A stretch of 64,000 nucleotides of DNA, taken from positions 16,493-80,492 of the forward strand of contig JBEKCH010000005.1 of assembly GCA_050014975.1 (NCBI GenBank), given 5' to 3'. The notes beneath the pieces are model-generated. The model did not search any database. It was not told the DNA's origin and worked only from the letters and a program-made list of their open reading frames with translations. Below, one piece after another: positions 1 through 10,297 of the stretch. The stretch is from Candidatus Limnocylindrales bacterium (lineage in GTDB: Bacteria; Chloroflexota; Limnocylindria; Limnocylindrales; CSP1-4). Numbering within the stretch: the stretch's first letter is position 1; every line of letters starts with the position of its first letter. A program made the position numbers and the translations under genes.

Positions 1-1
1 C

Positions 2-1087
2 GCCCTGCTCTTGGGCGAGATCGATCTGTCCATCGGCTACGTCGCCGCAATCGGCGGGATCGTCGCCGCCCTCTTCGTGCAGTCCCCCGGCCCTTCTTTC
101 GGCCTTTCTATCGGCCCTTTCAACGGGCAGGTCTGGCCGTTTAACGGGCAGGTCTGGCCGTGGTGGGCAGCCATCATCGCGGCGCTGCTCGTCTGCGCTG
201 CGATCGGGGCCCTCCACGGGTTCATCATCACCCGGCTGCGGGTGCCCGCGTTCATCGTCACCCTGGCCGGATACCTGGCCTGGTTCGGGGTCATGATCCT
301 CATCCTTGGCCCCTCCGGGGGCGTGAACATCTCCAGCGCCCTGCTCAACGACCAGCACATCCTCTTCCAGCTGGTGTGGGGCAACATCGATCCCGTGATC
401 GGCTGGATCGCGCTGGCCGTGATGGTGGGGCTGCTCGGCGGGTGGATGTGGTTTGGTGATGCCGGGCGGCGCCGCAGCGGCCTGGTGGCACCGCCGCCGG
501 GCCTGACAGCCGCCAAGATCGCCTTCGTGGCAGCGGCGGGGATCGCGGTGGTGGCCATCTGCAACGTGAACCGAGGCCTCCAGCTGCCAGTCGAGGGCGT
601 GCCCTGGGCTGTGCCCATCGTCCTCTTCGTGCTCGCGGTGTGGACGGTGCTGCTCGAGCGGACCGAGTTCGGACGCCACATGTACGCGGTCGGCGGCAAC
701 GCCGAGGCGGCCCGGCGGGCCGGCATCAATGTCTCCGGCATCCGCACTATGGCCTTCGTCCTGTGCTCGTTCACCGCGGGGATCGCCGGCCTGCTCTACT
801 CCTCGCAGCAGGGCGGCATGAATACGAACATCAACGGCGGCCAGCTCGTCCTGTACGCCGTCGCCGCCGCGGTCATCGGCGGCACCAGCCTCTTCGGTGG
901 CCGCGGCAGGGCGATCCACGGTGTCCTCGGTGGGCTTACCATCGGTGCCATCTACAACGGGCTCTACCTGCTGGGGTTCGAGGTTCAGTGGCAGTTGATC
1001 GCCACGGGCCTCGTCCTCCTCGCGGCGGTGACCATCGATGCCCTGTCCCGCAGGGGCGCGGGGAGCGTGAGCGCGGCACACGCCTAA
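2..1087 (+). CDS. ABC transporter permease, ribose/xylose/branched-chain type (5' end outside window)
   Basis: Polytopic hydrophobic protein with the motif MYAVGGNAEAARRAGINV typical of RbsC/XylH-family permeases. The frame is open to the window edge. Confidence 0.75.
   Translation, partial: ALLLGEIDLSIGYVAAIGGIVAALFVQSPGPSFGLSIGPFNGQVWPFNGQVWPWWAAIIAALLVCAAIGALHGFIITRLRVPAFIVTLAGYLAWFGVMILILGPSGGVNISSALLNDQHILFQLVWGNIDPVIGWIALAVMVGLLGGWMWFGDAGRRRSGLVAPPPGLTAAKIAFVAAAGIAVVAICNVNRGLQLPVEGVPWAVPIVLFVLAVWTVLLERTEFGRHMYAVGGNAEAARRAGINVSGIRTMAFVLCSFTAGIAGLLYSSQQGGMNTNINGGQLVLYAVAAAVIGGTSLFGGRGRAIHGVLGGLTIGAIYNGLYLLGFEVQWQLIATGLVLLAAVTIDALSRRGAGSVSAAHA
119..160 (+). repeat. 21-bp perfect-ish tandem duplication inside the permease CDS (ttcaacgggcaggtctggccg x2), in frame, giving PFNGQVW x2
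   Basis: Read directly from the sequence. The two units differ at one base. Confidence 0.9.
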
Positions 1088-1237
1088 CGCAGCGGCTGTC
1101 GGCGGCTGACCCACTGTGGGCAGCGGGCTGCCCGGCTGTCACTACGCGCCGCTTTCGGTCGGCGCGTGCCCCGGCACTGCTGCGCGGGCGACCGTTGACA
1201 CTCTCGGGGCCACACTGCTAACATCGGCGCAGCCACG

Positions 1238-1264
1238 TTAGCACTCCACCAATGAGAGTGCTAA
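1238..1264 (+). promoter_or_regulatory. CIRCE operator (TTAGCACTC-N9-GAGTGCTAA), HrcA binding site
   Basis: Exact match to the CIRCE consensus inverted repeat, about 130 nt upstream of hrcA. Confidence 0.85.
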
Positions 1265-1393
1265 CCACCGCCAGGGGCCCCGCCGGCCGGTGGATCGGCA
1301 GTGCCACAGTCCCGATGGCTATGACCTGGGCTGCCGCACCGCCGCCGACCCGCAGGCGGCTCCGCCTCGGTGGGGATGCATCGGAGCCTGACC

Positions 1394-2464
1394 ATGGCGC
1401 GACGGCCACGCCACACCGACGACCCCCTGGATGCGCGATCGGGCGAGATCCTGAGGGCCGTCGTAGACGAATACGTAACCTCGGCGGTGCCCGTCAGCTC
1501 GGGCGCCCTGGTCGAGCACTACCGGCTTGGGGTGAGCAGCGCCACCGTCCGCAGCATCCTGGCCGATCTCGAGGCGCAGGGCCTTCTGACCCACCCCCAC
1601 ACCAGCGCCGGACGCGTGCCCACGGATGCCGGCTACCGCTACTACGTCCAGGCTGCGGACGAGTGGTCGCTGCCGATCGTCGACCAGCGGATGATCCGCC
1701 ATCAGTTCGGCCAGGTGGAGTTCCTCAGCGAGCAGTGGTTCCGTCTGGCCGCCAGCACGCTCGCGGCCAACACGGGCACCGCCGGCCTGGCCACGACCGC
1801 CAAGCCGAAGGCCGCCCGCGTCCGCCGGATCGAGCTGCTCTCCGTCCAGGACCGTCTGGCGTTGATGGTCCTCGTCTTCTGGGAGGGGACCACCAGGCAG
1901 ATCCTCCACAACCTCCCGGTGACGGTCGACCAGACTGAGCTGGATCGCCTGGGCGGTCTGCTCAACGTGCTGGCCGTCGATCGGACCGCGGACGAGATCG
2001 AGGCCGCCCTCACGGACCTGCCGGTGGCCGAAAGGTCGAGCGATGAGTCCGAGATCCTGGCGCAGACCGGCCGGCGGCTCGTCTCCGCCATGCGCGAGTT
2101 CGACGCCGCCGCGATTGACGACCTCTTCAGCGACGGCCTGCTCAACGTCATGGCCGCGCCCGAGTTCGACCGCAGCGAGAAGGTCCGCCAGGTCTTCGCT
2201 GCACTCGAGAACCGAGCTTACTTGGGCTCTCTGGTCGAGGCCGTGGCCCGAGCCGGCAGCATCCAGATCTTCATCGGCCACGAGAACAGGCCGCTCGAGA
2301 TGCAGGAGGTTTCACTGGTCCTGGCACCCTACGGGCGGATCGGGCGAGCGGTCGGCGTCGTCGGCGTGCTCGGGCCGACGCGCATGCCGTACCCCCAGGC
2401 GATCGCATCTGTCGAATTCGTCTCCGGCCTCATGGACGAGCTTGTGGAGCACCTCTATGCCTGA
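1394..2464 (+). CDS. hrcA: Heat-inducible transcription repressor HrcA
   Basis: N-terminal winged-helix region (EILRAVVDEYVTSAVPVSSGALV) and overall HrcA-like sequence. GGAG RBS 7 nt upstream of the ATG at 1394. Lies upstream of grpE-dnaK. Confidence 0.9.
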   Translation: MARRPRHTDDPLDARSGEILRAVVDEYVTSAVPVSSGALVEHYRLGVSSATVRSILADLEAQGLLTHPHTSAGRVPTDAGYRYYVQAADEWSLPIVDQRMIRHQFGQVEFLSEQWFRLAASTLAANTGTAGLATTAKPKAARVRRIELLSVQDRLALMVLVFWEGTTRQILHNLPVTVDQTELDRLGGLLNVLAVDRTADEIEAALTDLPVAERSSDESEILAQTGRRLVSAMREFDAAAIDDLFSDGLLNVMAAPEFDRSEKVRQVFAALENRAYLGSLVEAVARAGSIQIFIGHENRPLEMQEVSLVLAPYGRIGRAVGVVGVLGPTRMPYPQAIASVEFVSGLMDELVEHLYA

Positions 2465-3146
2465 TCGATCAACGACTTCGCGGCAGCACCGCCGTGGCGC
2501 CGCCGGCGGCTGGCCCGGCCAGCCTGCCCAGGGATACGACGCCGAGCCCAGGCCCTGGCGCGGCGCCGGGCTGGAGACCGAGGTCGGCGCCGAGCCGAAG
2601 GCCGAGGCCGGGATGGAGCCGAAGGCCGAGGCGGGCGTCGCGCTGGAGCAGCTCCGGGCTGAGCTCGAGGCGGCCCAGACCCAGGCCGCCGAACACCTGG
2701 CCAGCCTGCAGCGCACCGCCGCCGACTTCGCCAACTTCCGCCGTCGAACCGCCGAGGATCGAGAGCGCGAGCTGGGCCTGGCCAGCGAGTCGCTGCTGCG
2801 CAAGCTGTTGACCGTGGCCGACGACTTCGACCGGGCGCTGGATACCATGCCGGGAGAGCTGAAAGGCGTGGGCTGGATCGAGGGGATCGTCCTGCTCGAC
2901 CGCAAGCTCCGACAGCTGCTGGAAAGCGAAGGCGTCACGCCGATCGAGGCGATCGGCCGGCCCTTCGACCCGCGTGAGCACGAAGCCATCGCCAGCCTCC
3001 CCGCTCCGGGGCGGCCGGACGGGGAGGTCATCGCCGAGATGCAGCGCGGCTATCGAGTTCGAGACCGGATCCTGCGGCCGGCCATGGTCGCCGTCGCCGC
3101 CGGCGGCGCGGCCGCCTCTGGCGACATCACTCCGCACACCAACTGA
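2457..3146 (+). CDS. grpE: Nucleotide exchange factor GrpE
   Basis: GrpE coiled-coil and C-terminal domain (DFDRALD, VGWIEGIVLLDRKL, GRPFDPREHEA). The ATG overlaps the hrcA stop codon. Confidence 0.85.
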   Translation: MPDRSTTSRQHRRGAAGGWPGQPAQGYDAEPRPWRGAGLETEVGAEPKAEAGMEPKAEAGVALEQLRAELEAAQTQAAEHLASLQRTAADFANFRRRTAEDRERELGLASESLLRKLLTVADDFDRALDTMPGELKGVGWIEGIVLLDRKLRQLLESEGVTPIEAIGRPFDPREHEAIASLPAPGRPDGEVIAEMQRGYRVRDRILRPAMVAVAAGGAAASGDITPHTN

Positions 3147-3179
3147 CATATACCGATTCCAAATAGGAGCAACGCATCA

Positions 3180-5102
3180 ATGGGCAAGATCATCGGCATC
3201 GACCTGGGCACGACGAACTCCGTCGTGGCGGTGATGGAAGGCGGAGAACCGACCGTCGTCCCGTCGGCTGAGGGTGGCCGAACGGTCCCCTCGGTCGTTG
3301 CCTTCACCAAGAGCGGCGAGCGGCTCGTCGGCCAGCTGGCCAAGCGTCAGGCCGTCACCAACCCGGCGAACACCGTCTACTCGATCAAGCGTTTTATGGG
3401 CCGCCGCTTCGACGATCCCGAAGTGGCGCATTCCAAGGACCTGGTCCCGTACAAGGTCGAGCGCGACCCGCACAGCGACGGCATCAAGGTCCTGCTGGCC
3501 GACGGCAAGGCCTACACCCCGCCCGAGATCAGCGCCATGATCCTGCAGAAGCTCAAGGCCGACGCGGAGGCGTACCTGGGCGAGAAGGTCACCGAGGCCG
3601 TCATAACCGTCCCGGCCTACTTCGACGACACCCAGCGCCAGGCCACCAAGGACGCGGGCCGCATCGCCGGCCTGGAAGTCAAGCGCATCATCAACGAGCC
3701 CACCGCCTCGGCTTTGGCCTACGGGCTGGACAAGAAGCACGATGAGAAGATCGCCGTCTACGACCTGGGCGGCGGCACCTTCGACATCTCGATCCTTGAG
3801 CTGGGCGAGGGCGTCTTCGAGGTCAAGGCTACCAACGGCGATACGCACCTTGGCGGTGACGATTTCGATCAGCGCATCATCGAGTGGCTGCTGGCCGAGT
3901 TCAAGCGCGACCAGGGCATCGACCTGCGGAACGATCCGCAGGCTCTGCAGCGCCTCAAGGAAGCCGCGGAGAAGGCCAAGATCGAGCTCTCGACGACGAC
4001 CACGACCGAGATCAACCAGCCCTACATCACCGGGGACGCTTCGGGTCCCAAGCACCTGGTCGTCACGCTCTCGAGGGCGAAGCTCGAGGACCTCACGGCG
4101 GACCTGATCGACAAGACGCGCGGTCCCGTCTCGCAGGCTCTGCGCGACGCGGGCCTCAAGCCCGGCGAGATCGACGAGGTCGTGCTCGTCGGCGGCCAGA
4201 CTCGAATGCCGGCCGTCGTCGAGGCGGTCAAGCAGATGTTCGGCGGCAAGGAGCCGCATCGGGGCGTGAACCCGGACGAGGTCGTGGCCGTCGGTGCCGC
4301 AATCCAGGCCGGCGTTCTCGCGGGCGAGGTCAAGGACGTACTGCTCCTGGACGTGACTCCGCTGTCGCTCGGCATCGAGACGATGGGCGGCGTGATGACC
4401 CGGCTGATCGATCGCAACACCACGATCCCGACCAGCAAGAGCCAGATCTTCTCGACGGCGTCCGACAATCAGACCCAGGTGGAGGTCCATGTCCTCCAGG
4501 GTGAGCGCGACTTCGCCACCGACAACAAGACCCTGGGCAAGTTCATCCTGGACGGGATCCCGACGGCCCCGCGCGGTATCCCGCAGATCGAGGTCACCTT
4601 CGACATCGACGCCAACGGTATCCTCGACGTCAAGGCCAAGGATCGGGCCACCAGCCGCGAGCAGCAGGTTCGCATCACGGCCAGCTCGATGCTGTCCAAG
4701 TCGGACGTGGATCGCATGGTCAACGAAGCGGCGTCACATGCCGAAGAGGACCGTCAGCGCAAGGAAGAGGTGGAAACCCGCAACCAGGCCGACGCCCTGG
4801 TCTACCAGGCCGAGCGCACTCTGCGCGACCTGGGCGACAAGGTGTCGGCAGAAGACAGGGCCGAGACCGAGCGCCGCGTCGAGGCCGTCCGAGCCGCGCT
4901 CAAGGGCAGCGACCTGGCGGCCGTGAAGAGCACGTCGGACGCCCTCGTCGCGCAGCTGCAGAAGGTCGGCACCGCGGCCTACCAGGCCGCCAGCGCCTCC
5001 GCTGCGGGCAAAGGCGACGACGATCAGTCGGGCGGGGCGTCGTCCGACGGGGCCTCCCAGGGGAACGAGGAAGTCGTCGAGGGCGAATACAAGGAGGCCT
5101 GA
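3180..5102 (+). CDS. dnaK: Chaperone DnaK (Hsp70)
   Basis: [26 protein letters not shown] and a full-length Hsp70. AGGAG RBS upstream. Confidence 0.97.
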   Translation: MGKIIGIDLGTTNSVVAVMEGGEPTVVPSAEGGRTVPSVVAFTKSGERLVGQLAKRQAVTNPANTVYSIKRFMGRRFDDPEVAHSKDLVPYKVERDPHSDGIKVLLADGKAYTPPEISAMILQKLKADAEAYLGEKVTEAVITVPAYFDDTQRQATKDAGRIAGLEVKRIINEPTASALAYGLDKKHDEKIAVYDLGGGTFDISILELGEGVFEVKATNGDTHLGGDDFDQRIIEWLLAEFKRDQGIDLRNDPQALQRLKEAAEKAKIELSTTTTTEINQPYITGDASGPKHLVVTLSRAKLEDLTADLIDKTRGPVSQALRDAGLKPGEIDEVVLVGGQTRMPAVVEAVKQMFGGKEPHRGVNPDEVVAVGAAIQAGVLAGEVKDVLLLDVTPLSLGIETMGGVMTRLIDRNTTIPTSKSQIFSTASDNQTQVEVHVLQGERDFATDNKTLGKFILDGIPTAPRGIPQIEVTFDIDANGILDVKAKDRATSREQQVRITASSMLSKSDVDRMVNEAASHAEEDRQRKEEVETRNQADALVYQAERTLRDLGDKVSAEDRAETERRVEAVRAALKGSDLAAVKSTSDALVAQLQKVGTAAYQAASASAAGKGDDDQSGGASSDGASQGNEEVVEGEYKEA

Positions 5103-6484
5103 TCGGGCTCCTCTTCGTGTCGTTCATAGGGGTCCCAGCGCGCCGACCGGGTATCTGTGGCCGCCGCGGTGAGGTTCCCGGGCCCCGCGATCCACGGCCG
5201 TGACCGGCCCACCCGGACCAGGGTCTGGCGAGTCTTCTGGCGCTCTACGAACTCCACGGAGATCGGCACGAGCAACCCGATCGCGCCCGAAGTGGCCATG
5301 ATCAGGAGCACGACCACGACGGCGATCGACAGCTGGATCGGCCCGTAGCCGGAGCTCCTCCAGGCCAGCAAATCGGAGCGCCCGGCGACGGCCGCGACCG
5401 CGATGGCGACGACCGTCAGCATCGGCAGGGCGTACAGGACGAGGGCGAGGAGGTTGGCGGCGCGGAAGCAGAACGCCCATGCCGAGCCCAGCGGCGAGCC
5501 GCTCGAGCCCGAGACGCCGAGCTTGGTGAACAGGTCCGGGAGGTGGCGAGCCGGATTGGACAGCCAGTCGAAGGCACCGTCGAGGCGTCGCTGGGCCAGC
5601 TCGACCGCCACGAGGGCGGCGATCAACCCGGGCAACACGTAGCCCATCCAGATGAGGGTCGCCGGAAGTAGCAACGCGACGGCGAGTCGGAGCTGTGCCC
5701 ACAGCACGGCCAGCCAGGCGGTCCCGGCGTGGTATGGCGTGAGCAGCGGCTTTTCGGCTCCGAGGCCCGGGCCGTTGTGAGTCGAGAAGCCGACGAAAAC
5801 GGAGAACGAGGCCAGGGCCAGCGCGCCGACGACGGCGAAGACCGCGACCATCAGCTCCAGGGTCCACCGATAGCCCGGATCGACCTGATCCCAGGCGGTC
5901 GAGAGGGAACCGGACTGCAGCGCGACTCGCGCCACGGGGGTGACCGTCGTCACGATCAAGGCGCCGCTCAGCAGCAGCAGCGTCAGCAGGACGGCGGATG
6001 CGTAGCCCAGGAGGCGGACCGGCACGAACGGACGGGTCGTCAGCGACCAGGCGACGCGACGCCGGATCCAGCCGGTGAGCTGGGGCCGGTGGAACTCCCG
6101 TCGGGGCTTGGCCTCGAGCGTGGGCGCGGAGAAGTCGCGGACTGGCGCGGGGGCCAGGGCAACCGGCCGGGACAAATACGCCGGAAGCTCCCCGGCCTGA
6201 GCAGCTGCGCCGATCGGGTAGCCGAAGCTTGCGGCGCCCGCGGCCGTGCCGGCCCTCGAACCGCCTGGCAAACCGCTGCCCGGCCCGACTGGCAACGGCG
6301 CGGACGCGGCCGCAGCGGCGTTGCGAACGATCGGCGCAGCGTCTTGCGGTCGGCTGCCGAACTTCTGGCGGCAGTGGTAGCACCGGCTTGTGCCGGCTCG
6401 ATTCAGGGACCGGCAGTGCTGGCAGACCCAGAATTCGTCCACGCGCGAGATCTCTCCTGCTGTGGGTGTCGGCTGAGGGCACAC
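5024..6484 (-). CDS. Hypothetical polytopic membrane protein with N-terminal CxxC...CxxC zinc ribbon
   Basis: The N-terminus reads [20 protein letters not shown] and is followed by about 8 predicted TM helices. The 3' end overlaps the dnaK 3' end by about 79 bp, so the true C-terminus is uncertain. Confidence 0.5.
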   Translation of the reverse strand: MCPQPTPTAGEISRVDEFWVCQHCRSLNRAGTSRCYHCRQKFGSRPQDAAPIVRNAAAAASAPLPVGPGSGLPGGSRAGTAAGAASFGYPIGAAAQAGELPAYLSRPVALAPAPVRDFSAPTLEAKPRREFHRPQLTGWIRRRVAWSLTTRPFVPVRLLGYASAVLLTLLLLSGALIVTTVTPVARVALQSGSLSTAWDQVDPGYRWTLELMVAVFAVVGALALASFSVFVGFSTHNGPGLGAEKPLLTPYHAGTAWLAVLWAQLRLAVALLLPATLIWMGYVLPGLIAALVAVELAQRRLDGAFDWLSNPARHLPDLFTKLGVSGSSGSPLGSAWAFCFRAANLLALVLYALPMLTVVAIAVAAVAGRSDLLAWRSSGYGPIQLSIAVVVVLLIMATSGAIGLLVPISVEFVERQKTRQTLVRVGRSRPWIAGPGNLTAAATDTRSARWDPYERHEEEPDQASLYSPSTTSSFPWEAPSDDAPPD

Positions 6485-6700
6485 TCGTCTTGCGTGGCCT
6501 CGATGATAGCCTCGGGGACGGGTCCCTCAAACACGCCCGAATGGTCATAGGACCGTCCGAACGATGGTTCTGCCCGGCGCTCGCGGGCCGGTGCCTTCGC
6601 GAGTGCCAAGCTCGAGTACGACGCCTGCAGAGGCGCCTGAGGGTGTAGCGACAACAGGGTCGAGCCCCTCGACCCGTTCCTCTCGTATCCTTCACAGCAG

Positions 6701-7825
6701 ATGGCCACCGAACGAAGCTACTACGAGGTTCTCGGCGTTGAGCGCAGCGCATCCGACGCCGACATCAAGCGCGCCTTCCGCAAGCTGGCCCAGCAGTGGC
6801 ACCCCGACGTGAGCAGCGAGCCCGGCGCCGCAGAGCGCTTCAAGGAGATCAACGAGGCCTACCAGGTCCTGTCCGATCCCAAGCGGCGCCAGGTCTACGA
6901 CATGCTCGGGCGGGCGGGCCTGGGCGACATGGGCGGCGCCGGCTCGCCGTTCGGCGAGGGCTTTCCCGGCTTCGGAGACCTCTTCGACGCCTTCTTCTCC
7001 GGAATGGGCGGGGCCGCCGGCGGTCCGAGGCGGGGGCGGCGGGCGGCCGGCTCGGATCTGCGCTACGACCTCCGGATCACCTTCGACGAGGCCATGCGAG
7101 GGGTCGAGCGGGAGATCGAGTTCGATGCGCTCGATCGCTGCGGCAGCTGCGGCGGAAGCGGCGCGGCCCCCGGCAGCGTGCCCGCGCCGTGCTCGGCCTG
7201 CGGTGGCCGGGGCGAGGTCCGGGCGGTCCGCCAGACGATGCTCGGCCAGATGGTCAGCGTCACCGAATGCTCCCGCTGCCACGGCGAGGGTCGCGTCGTG
7301 GACACTCCCTGCCAGACGTGCCGCGGTGAGGGCCGCGCCCACAAGCGCAAGAAGCTGCGCGTATCGATCCCCGCCGGGATCGACGAGGGCCACCAGATCC
7401 GCCTCTCCGGAGAGGGCGAGGCGGGGCCCCGAAGCGGCCCGGCCGGGAACTTGTACGTGGCCGTCCATGTGACCCCGCACGCCACGCTGCGGCGCGAGGG
7501 GACCGAGATCTACCATGACCTCAATCTCTCGATAGCCCAGGCGGCGCTGGGAACGCGGGCACGGATCCCCACCATCGAGGGCGAAGAGGATCTCGAGGTT
7601 CGGCCGGGGACGCAGCCGGGAACTGAGATTCGGCTGCGCGGCCGCGGCGTGCCGCATCTGCGCCGATCCGGGACGCGCGGCGATCTCCACGTCCTGGTGC
7701 ACGTGACGGTGCCGACGAAGCTCTCCAAGCGGCAGCGCCACCTTCTCGAGGAGCTGGCCGCCGAGTCGGGCGAGGCGGTGCTCCCCGGCGGTATCTTCGA
7801 ACGGATGAAAGATGCCCTCGGCTGA
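6701..7825 (+). CDS. dnaJ: Chaperone DnaJ
   Basis: J-domain (YYEVLGVERSASDADIKRAFRKLAQQWHPD), G/F region, four CxxCxGxG zinc-finger repeats and a C-terminal domain. Confidence 0.95.
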   Translation: MATERSYYEVLGVERSASDADIKRAFRKLAQQWHPDVSSEPGAAERFKEINEAYQVLSDPKRRQVYDMLGRAGLGDMGGAGSPFGEGFPGFGDLFDAFFSGMGGAAGGPRRGRRAAGSDLRYDLRITFDEAMRGVEREIEFDALDRCGSCGGSGAAPGSVPAPCSACGGRGEVRAVRQTMLGQMVSVTECSRCHGEGRVVDTPCQTCRGEGRAHKRKKLRVSIPAGIDEGHQIRLSGEGEAGPRSGPAGNLYVAVHVTPHATLRREGTEIYHDLNLSIAQAALGTRARIPTIEGEEDLEVRPGTQPGTEIRLRGRGVPHLRRSGTRGDLHVLVHVTVPTKLSKRQRHLLEELAAESGEAVLPGGIFERMKDALG

Positions 7826-8813
7826 GGGAGAGAGCGTCGAGGAGTTCGATCCGGCGGTGCTCGGCCCGGGCGTCTGGGTCGAGCTTTCGGTGGCAGCGGA
7901 TATCGAGGCCGTCGAGGCGGTCAGCGAGATCCTGACCCGCTTCGCGCCGGGCGGCACCAGCGTCGAGCCGGGCTTCGGGCTGACGGACGAAGGGCTCGGG
8001 GCGGTCGTCGATCCGGCGAAACCCGCGATCGTCCGAGCGTACCTGCCGGGTCTCGATCCGGAGGGCGTGCGGCGGGCGATCGCCGAGGCGGCGGACGCGC
8101 TGGGACATCTGCAGGCTTTCGGGCTGCGGCCGATCGGGGAGCTGCGGACGCTGATCGTGCGCGAGGCCGACTGGGCGGCGGCGTGGAAGAGCCACTTCCC
8201 GGTGCTGCGAGTCGGCCGCCGGCTGGTCGTTCGACCGACGTGGCGCCGCCACCGCCGACGGCCGGGCGACGTGGTCCTCTCTCTGGACCCCGGCATGGCG
8301 TTCGGGACGGGTCTTCATCCGACAACGCGGCTCTGCCTGGCGGCACTCGAGATCCTCGCCGACGAAGGGTTGCTCGCAACCGGTCCGGCTCGGGGTGGGG
8401 CCCGCGTTCTGGATGTCGGTTGCGGCTCGGGGATACTCGCCATCGCTGCCGGCAAGCTCGGCGCAGGCGCGGTGCTGGGCGTGGACACCGACCCGATCGC
8501 CGTGGAGGCGACCCTTGCCAACGCCCGCGTCAACGGGCTGACCCGCCGCCTCCGGGTTCGCCAGGGCAGCGTCCCGACCGGGGAGCGTCCGTTCGACGTG
8601 ATCCTCGCCAACCTCATCGCCTCGCTGCTGGTCCAGCTGGCGGCGGAGCTCCGCGGCGAGATCGCCCCGGGCGGGCGCATCCTTGCCTCGGGCATCTTTC
8701 GCGACCGCGAGGGCGACGTGGCGGCGGCCTTCCGCGCCGCCGGCCTCCGGATGGGGCGTCGCTGGGCCGAAGACGACTGGGTCGCGCTCGAGGCGATCGC
8801 GCCTGAGGCCTGA
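7812..8813 (+). CDS. prmA: Ribosomal protein L11 methyltransferase PrmA
   Basis: SAM-binding motif LDVGCGSGILAIAAGKLGA and PrmA architecture. Follows dnaJ as in Firmicutes. Confidence 0.9.
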   Translation: MPSAEGESVEEFDPAVLGPGVWVELSVAADIEAVEAVSEILTRFAPGGTSVEPGFGLTDEGLGAVVDPAKPAIVRAYLPGLDPEGVRRAIAEAADALGHLQAFGLRPIGELRTLIVREADWAAAWKSHFPVLRVGRRLVVRPTWRRHRRRPGDVVLSLDPGMAFGTGLHPTTRLCLAALEILADEGLLATGPARGGARVLDVGCGSGILAIAAGKLGAGAVLGVDTDPIAVEATLANARVNGLTRRLRVRQGSVPTGERPFDVILANLIASLLVQLAAELRGEIAPGGRILASGIFRDREGDVAAAFRAAGLRMGRRWAEDDWVALEAIAPEA

Positions 8814-8854
8814 AGGCTGACGGCGCGGCGGCAAGCCGCCTGCCCACCCGGATC

Positions 8855-10297
8855 CTATGGCCGATACAGCACCGCCGTGGCGAGCGGCTGCGTGCCGTTC
8901 GGGCCGTTCGTTGCGCCTCCGACGAGCAGCACGCTGCCATCGGCCAGCAGGGTCGCGGTGTCGCAGTCGAGAACCCGGTTCGTGGTTCCGCCGCTGCTGA
9001 ATTTGCCGCTCGTGGGGTCGTACAGCTCTGCGGTCGTCGCGGCCGCCGACACGGTTCGACCCACTTCCAGCACCCGTCCGTCCGGCAGCAGGGTGGCGGT
9101 GAACGAAAGAAAGGCGTTCTGCCTCGAACCGGTCGCGCTGAATTGCCCCGTCGTGGGGTCGTACAGCTCCGCCGAGGAGAAGGCCGGCGAGCCTTGATCG
9201 ACCCCTCCTGAGACCAGCACGCGCCCATCTTCGAGCAGCGCTGCGGTCGGGCCGGCCCGTTGCTCGGCCATCGACCCGGTCGCGGTGAACTGCCCGATGG
9301 CGGGGTTGTACAGCTCGGCCGACGCCAGCGGGCCGAACGGGCCCACCTTGCCGTTGGCGGTCCCTCCGGCAATCAGCACCAGACCGTTCTTGAGCAGCGT
9401 GGCGGTGTGGCCCTGTCGCGCGGTGGTCATGGAGCCGGTCGCGCTGAAAGTGCCGGTCGCCGGGTCGTATATTTCGGCGGAATCGAGCCCGATCGAGTTG
9501 GTGCCGCCCGCGATCAGGACGCGGCCATCGGCCAGCAGCGTTGCGGTCTGGTCGGCGCGGCCCACCGCCATCGATCCCGTGGGCGCGAACTTGCCGGTCG
9601 ACGGGTCGTACAACTCTGCCGACCTGAGATTGTCGGCACCATCGGAGAGATCGGCGCCTCCCGCGATCAGGACCCGCCCGTCCTGCAGCAGCGTTGCGGT
9701 GTGGCCCCAGCGGGCGGCGGCCATCGATCCGGTGGCGCTGAACTTGCCGGTCGACGGGTTGTACAGCTCGGCGGACGCGGTCGGCGCGCTCACGAGACCG
9801 TGGGCGACCTTGCCTCCGGCGATCAGGACCCGCCCGTCCTCCAGCAGAGTAGCGGTCGGCCCGTCGCGGCCCACGGTTAGCGAGCCCCTGACATCGAAGT
9901 GACTGGTCAGGGCAGTCGGCGTGGGGAAGCTCGACGGCGTCGCGGTCGACGTCTGCGCGGGCGTCGGGGTTGGCTGGACGGGCGTTGGGCTGGCGGTCGG
10001 CTCCTGAGTGGCGGTCGGCTGCGGGCTGGACGAGCTCGCCGGCGAGGCCGATGGGCCCGTGACGGCGGACGGCGAGGGTGTTGGCGCCGGAACGAGCTCT
10101 CGCACCGCCAGCGCTACGATGAGGATCGCTACTCCGACTATCGCGAGCCCAAAAGCGGGTCGCCATGGCGCGCGCGCCGGCAGAGGCGCGGGTGTCGAGT
10201 CGAGCGCGCGCGCCACGCGGGCTTCGAGGCGCGTGGACGCGTCGCCCTGGATCGATTGGTAGTACGAGCGCAATCGCTCGCCGACTGGGTCGCTCAT
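8855..10297 (-). CDS. Anti-sigma factor-like membrane protein with extracytoplasmic Kelch-repeat beta-propeller
   Basis: N-terminal cytoplasmic segment, one TM helix (FGLAIVGVAILIVALAV), a Pro/Thr/Ser linker, then about 8 Kelch-type repeats (YDPSTGKFxxTGSMxxxRxxHTATLLxDGRVLIAGG). Its start overlaps the stop of the upstream ECF sigma gene by 4 bp. Confidence 0.7.
   Translation of the reverse strand: MSDPVGERLRSYYQSIQGDASTRLEARVARALDSTPAPLPARAPWRPAFGLAIVGVAILIVALAVRELVPAPTPSPSAVTGPSASPASSSSPQPTATQEPTASPTPVQPTPTPAQTSTATPSSFPTPTALTSHFDVRGSLTVGRDGPTATLLEDGRVLIAGGKVAHGLVSAPTASAELYNPSTGKFSATGSMAAARWGHTATLLQDGRVLIAGGADLSDGADNLRSAELYDPSTGKFAPTGSMAVGRADQTATLLADGRVLIAGGTNSIGLDSAEIYDPATGTFSATGSMTTARQGHTATLLKNGLVLIAGGTANGKVGPFGPLASAELYNPAIGQFTATGSMAEQRAGPTAALLEDGRVLVSGGVDQGSPAFSSAELYDPTTGQFSATGSRQNAFLSFTATLLPDGRVLEVGRTVSAAATTAELYDPTSGKFSSGGTTNRVLDCDTATLLADGSVLLVGGATNGPNGTQPLATAVLYRP

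Noticed and set aside
6600-6640. Second CIRCE upstream of dnaJ (cgcGAGTGCcAA).
   Set aside because: Only one half-site with a mismatch, and no partner TTAGCACTC, so it is not a CIRCE.
5124-6752. Long Arg/Pro/Gly-rich ORFs on the opposite strand or in alternative frames of real genes (for example 5124-6752, 7521-10166, 19383-20882, 21123-22967, 23523-25196, 27519-29234, 30925-32916, 36820-38847, 45708-47132, 47952-49052, 51368-53167).
   Set aside because: These are typical shadow ORFs of a 70% GC genome. Their compositions are low-complexity with no domain motifs, and they overlap confidently assigned genes.
8826-8842. Small GGCGG-CAAG-CCGCC hairpin between the convergent prmA and anti-sigma genes, as a bidirectional terminator.
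   Set aside because: Five-bp stem and no U-tract, so too weak to call.
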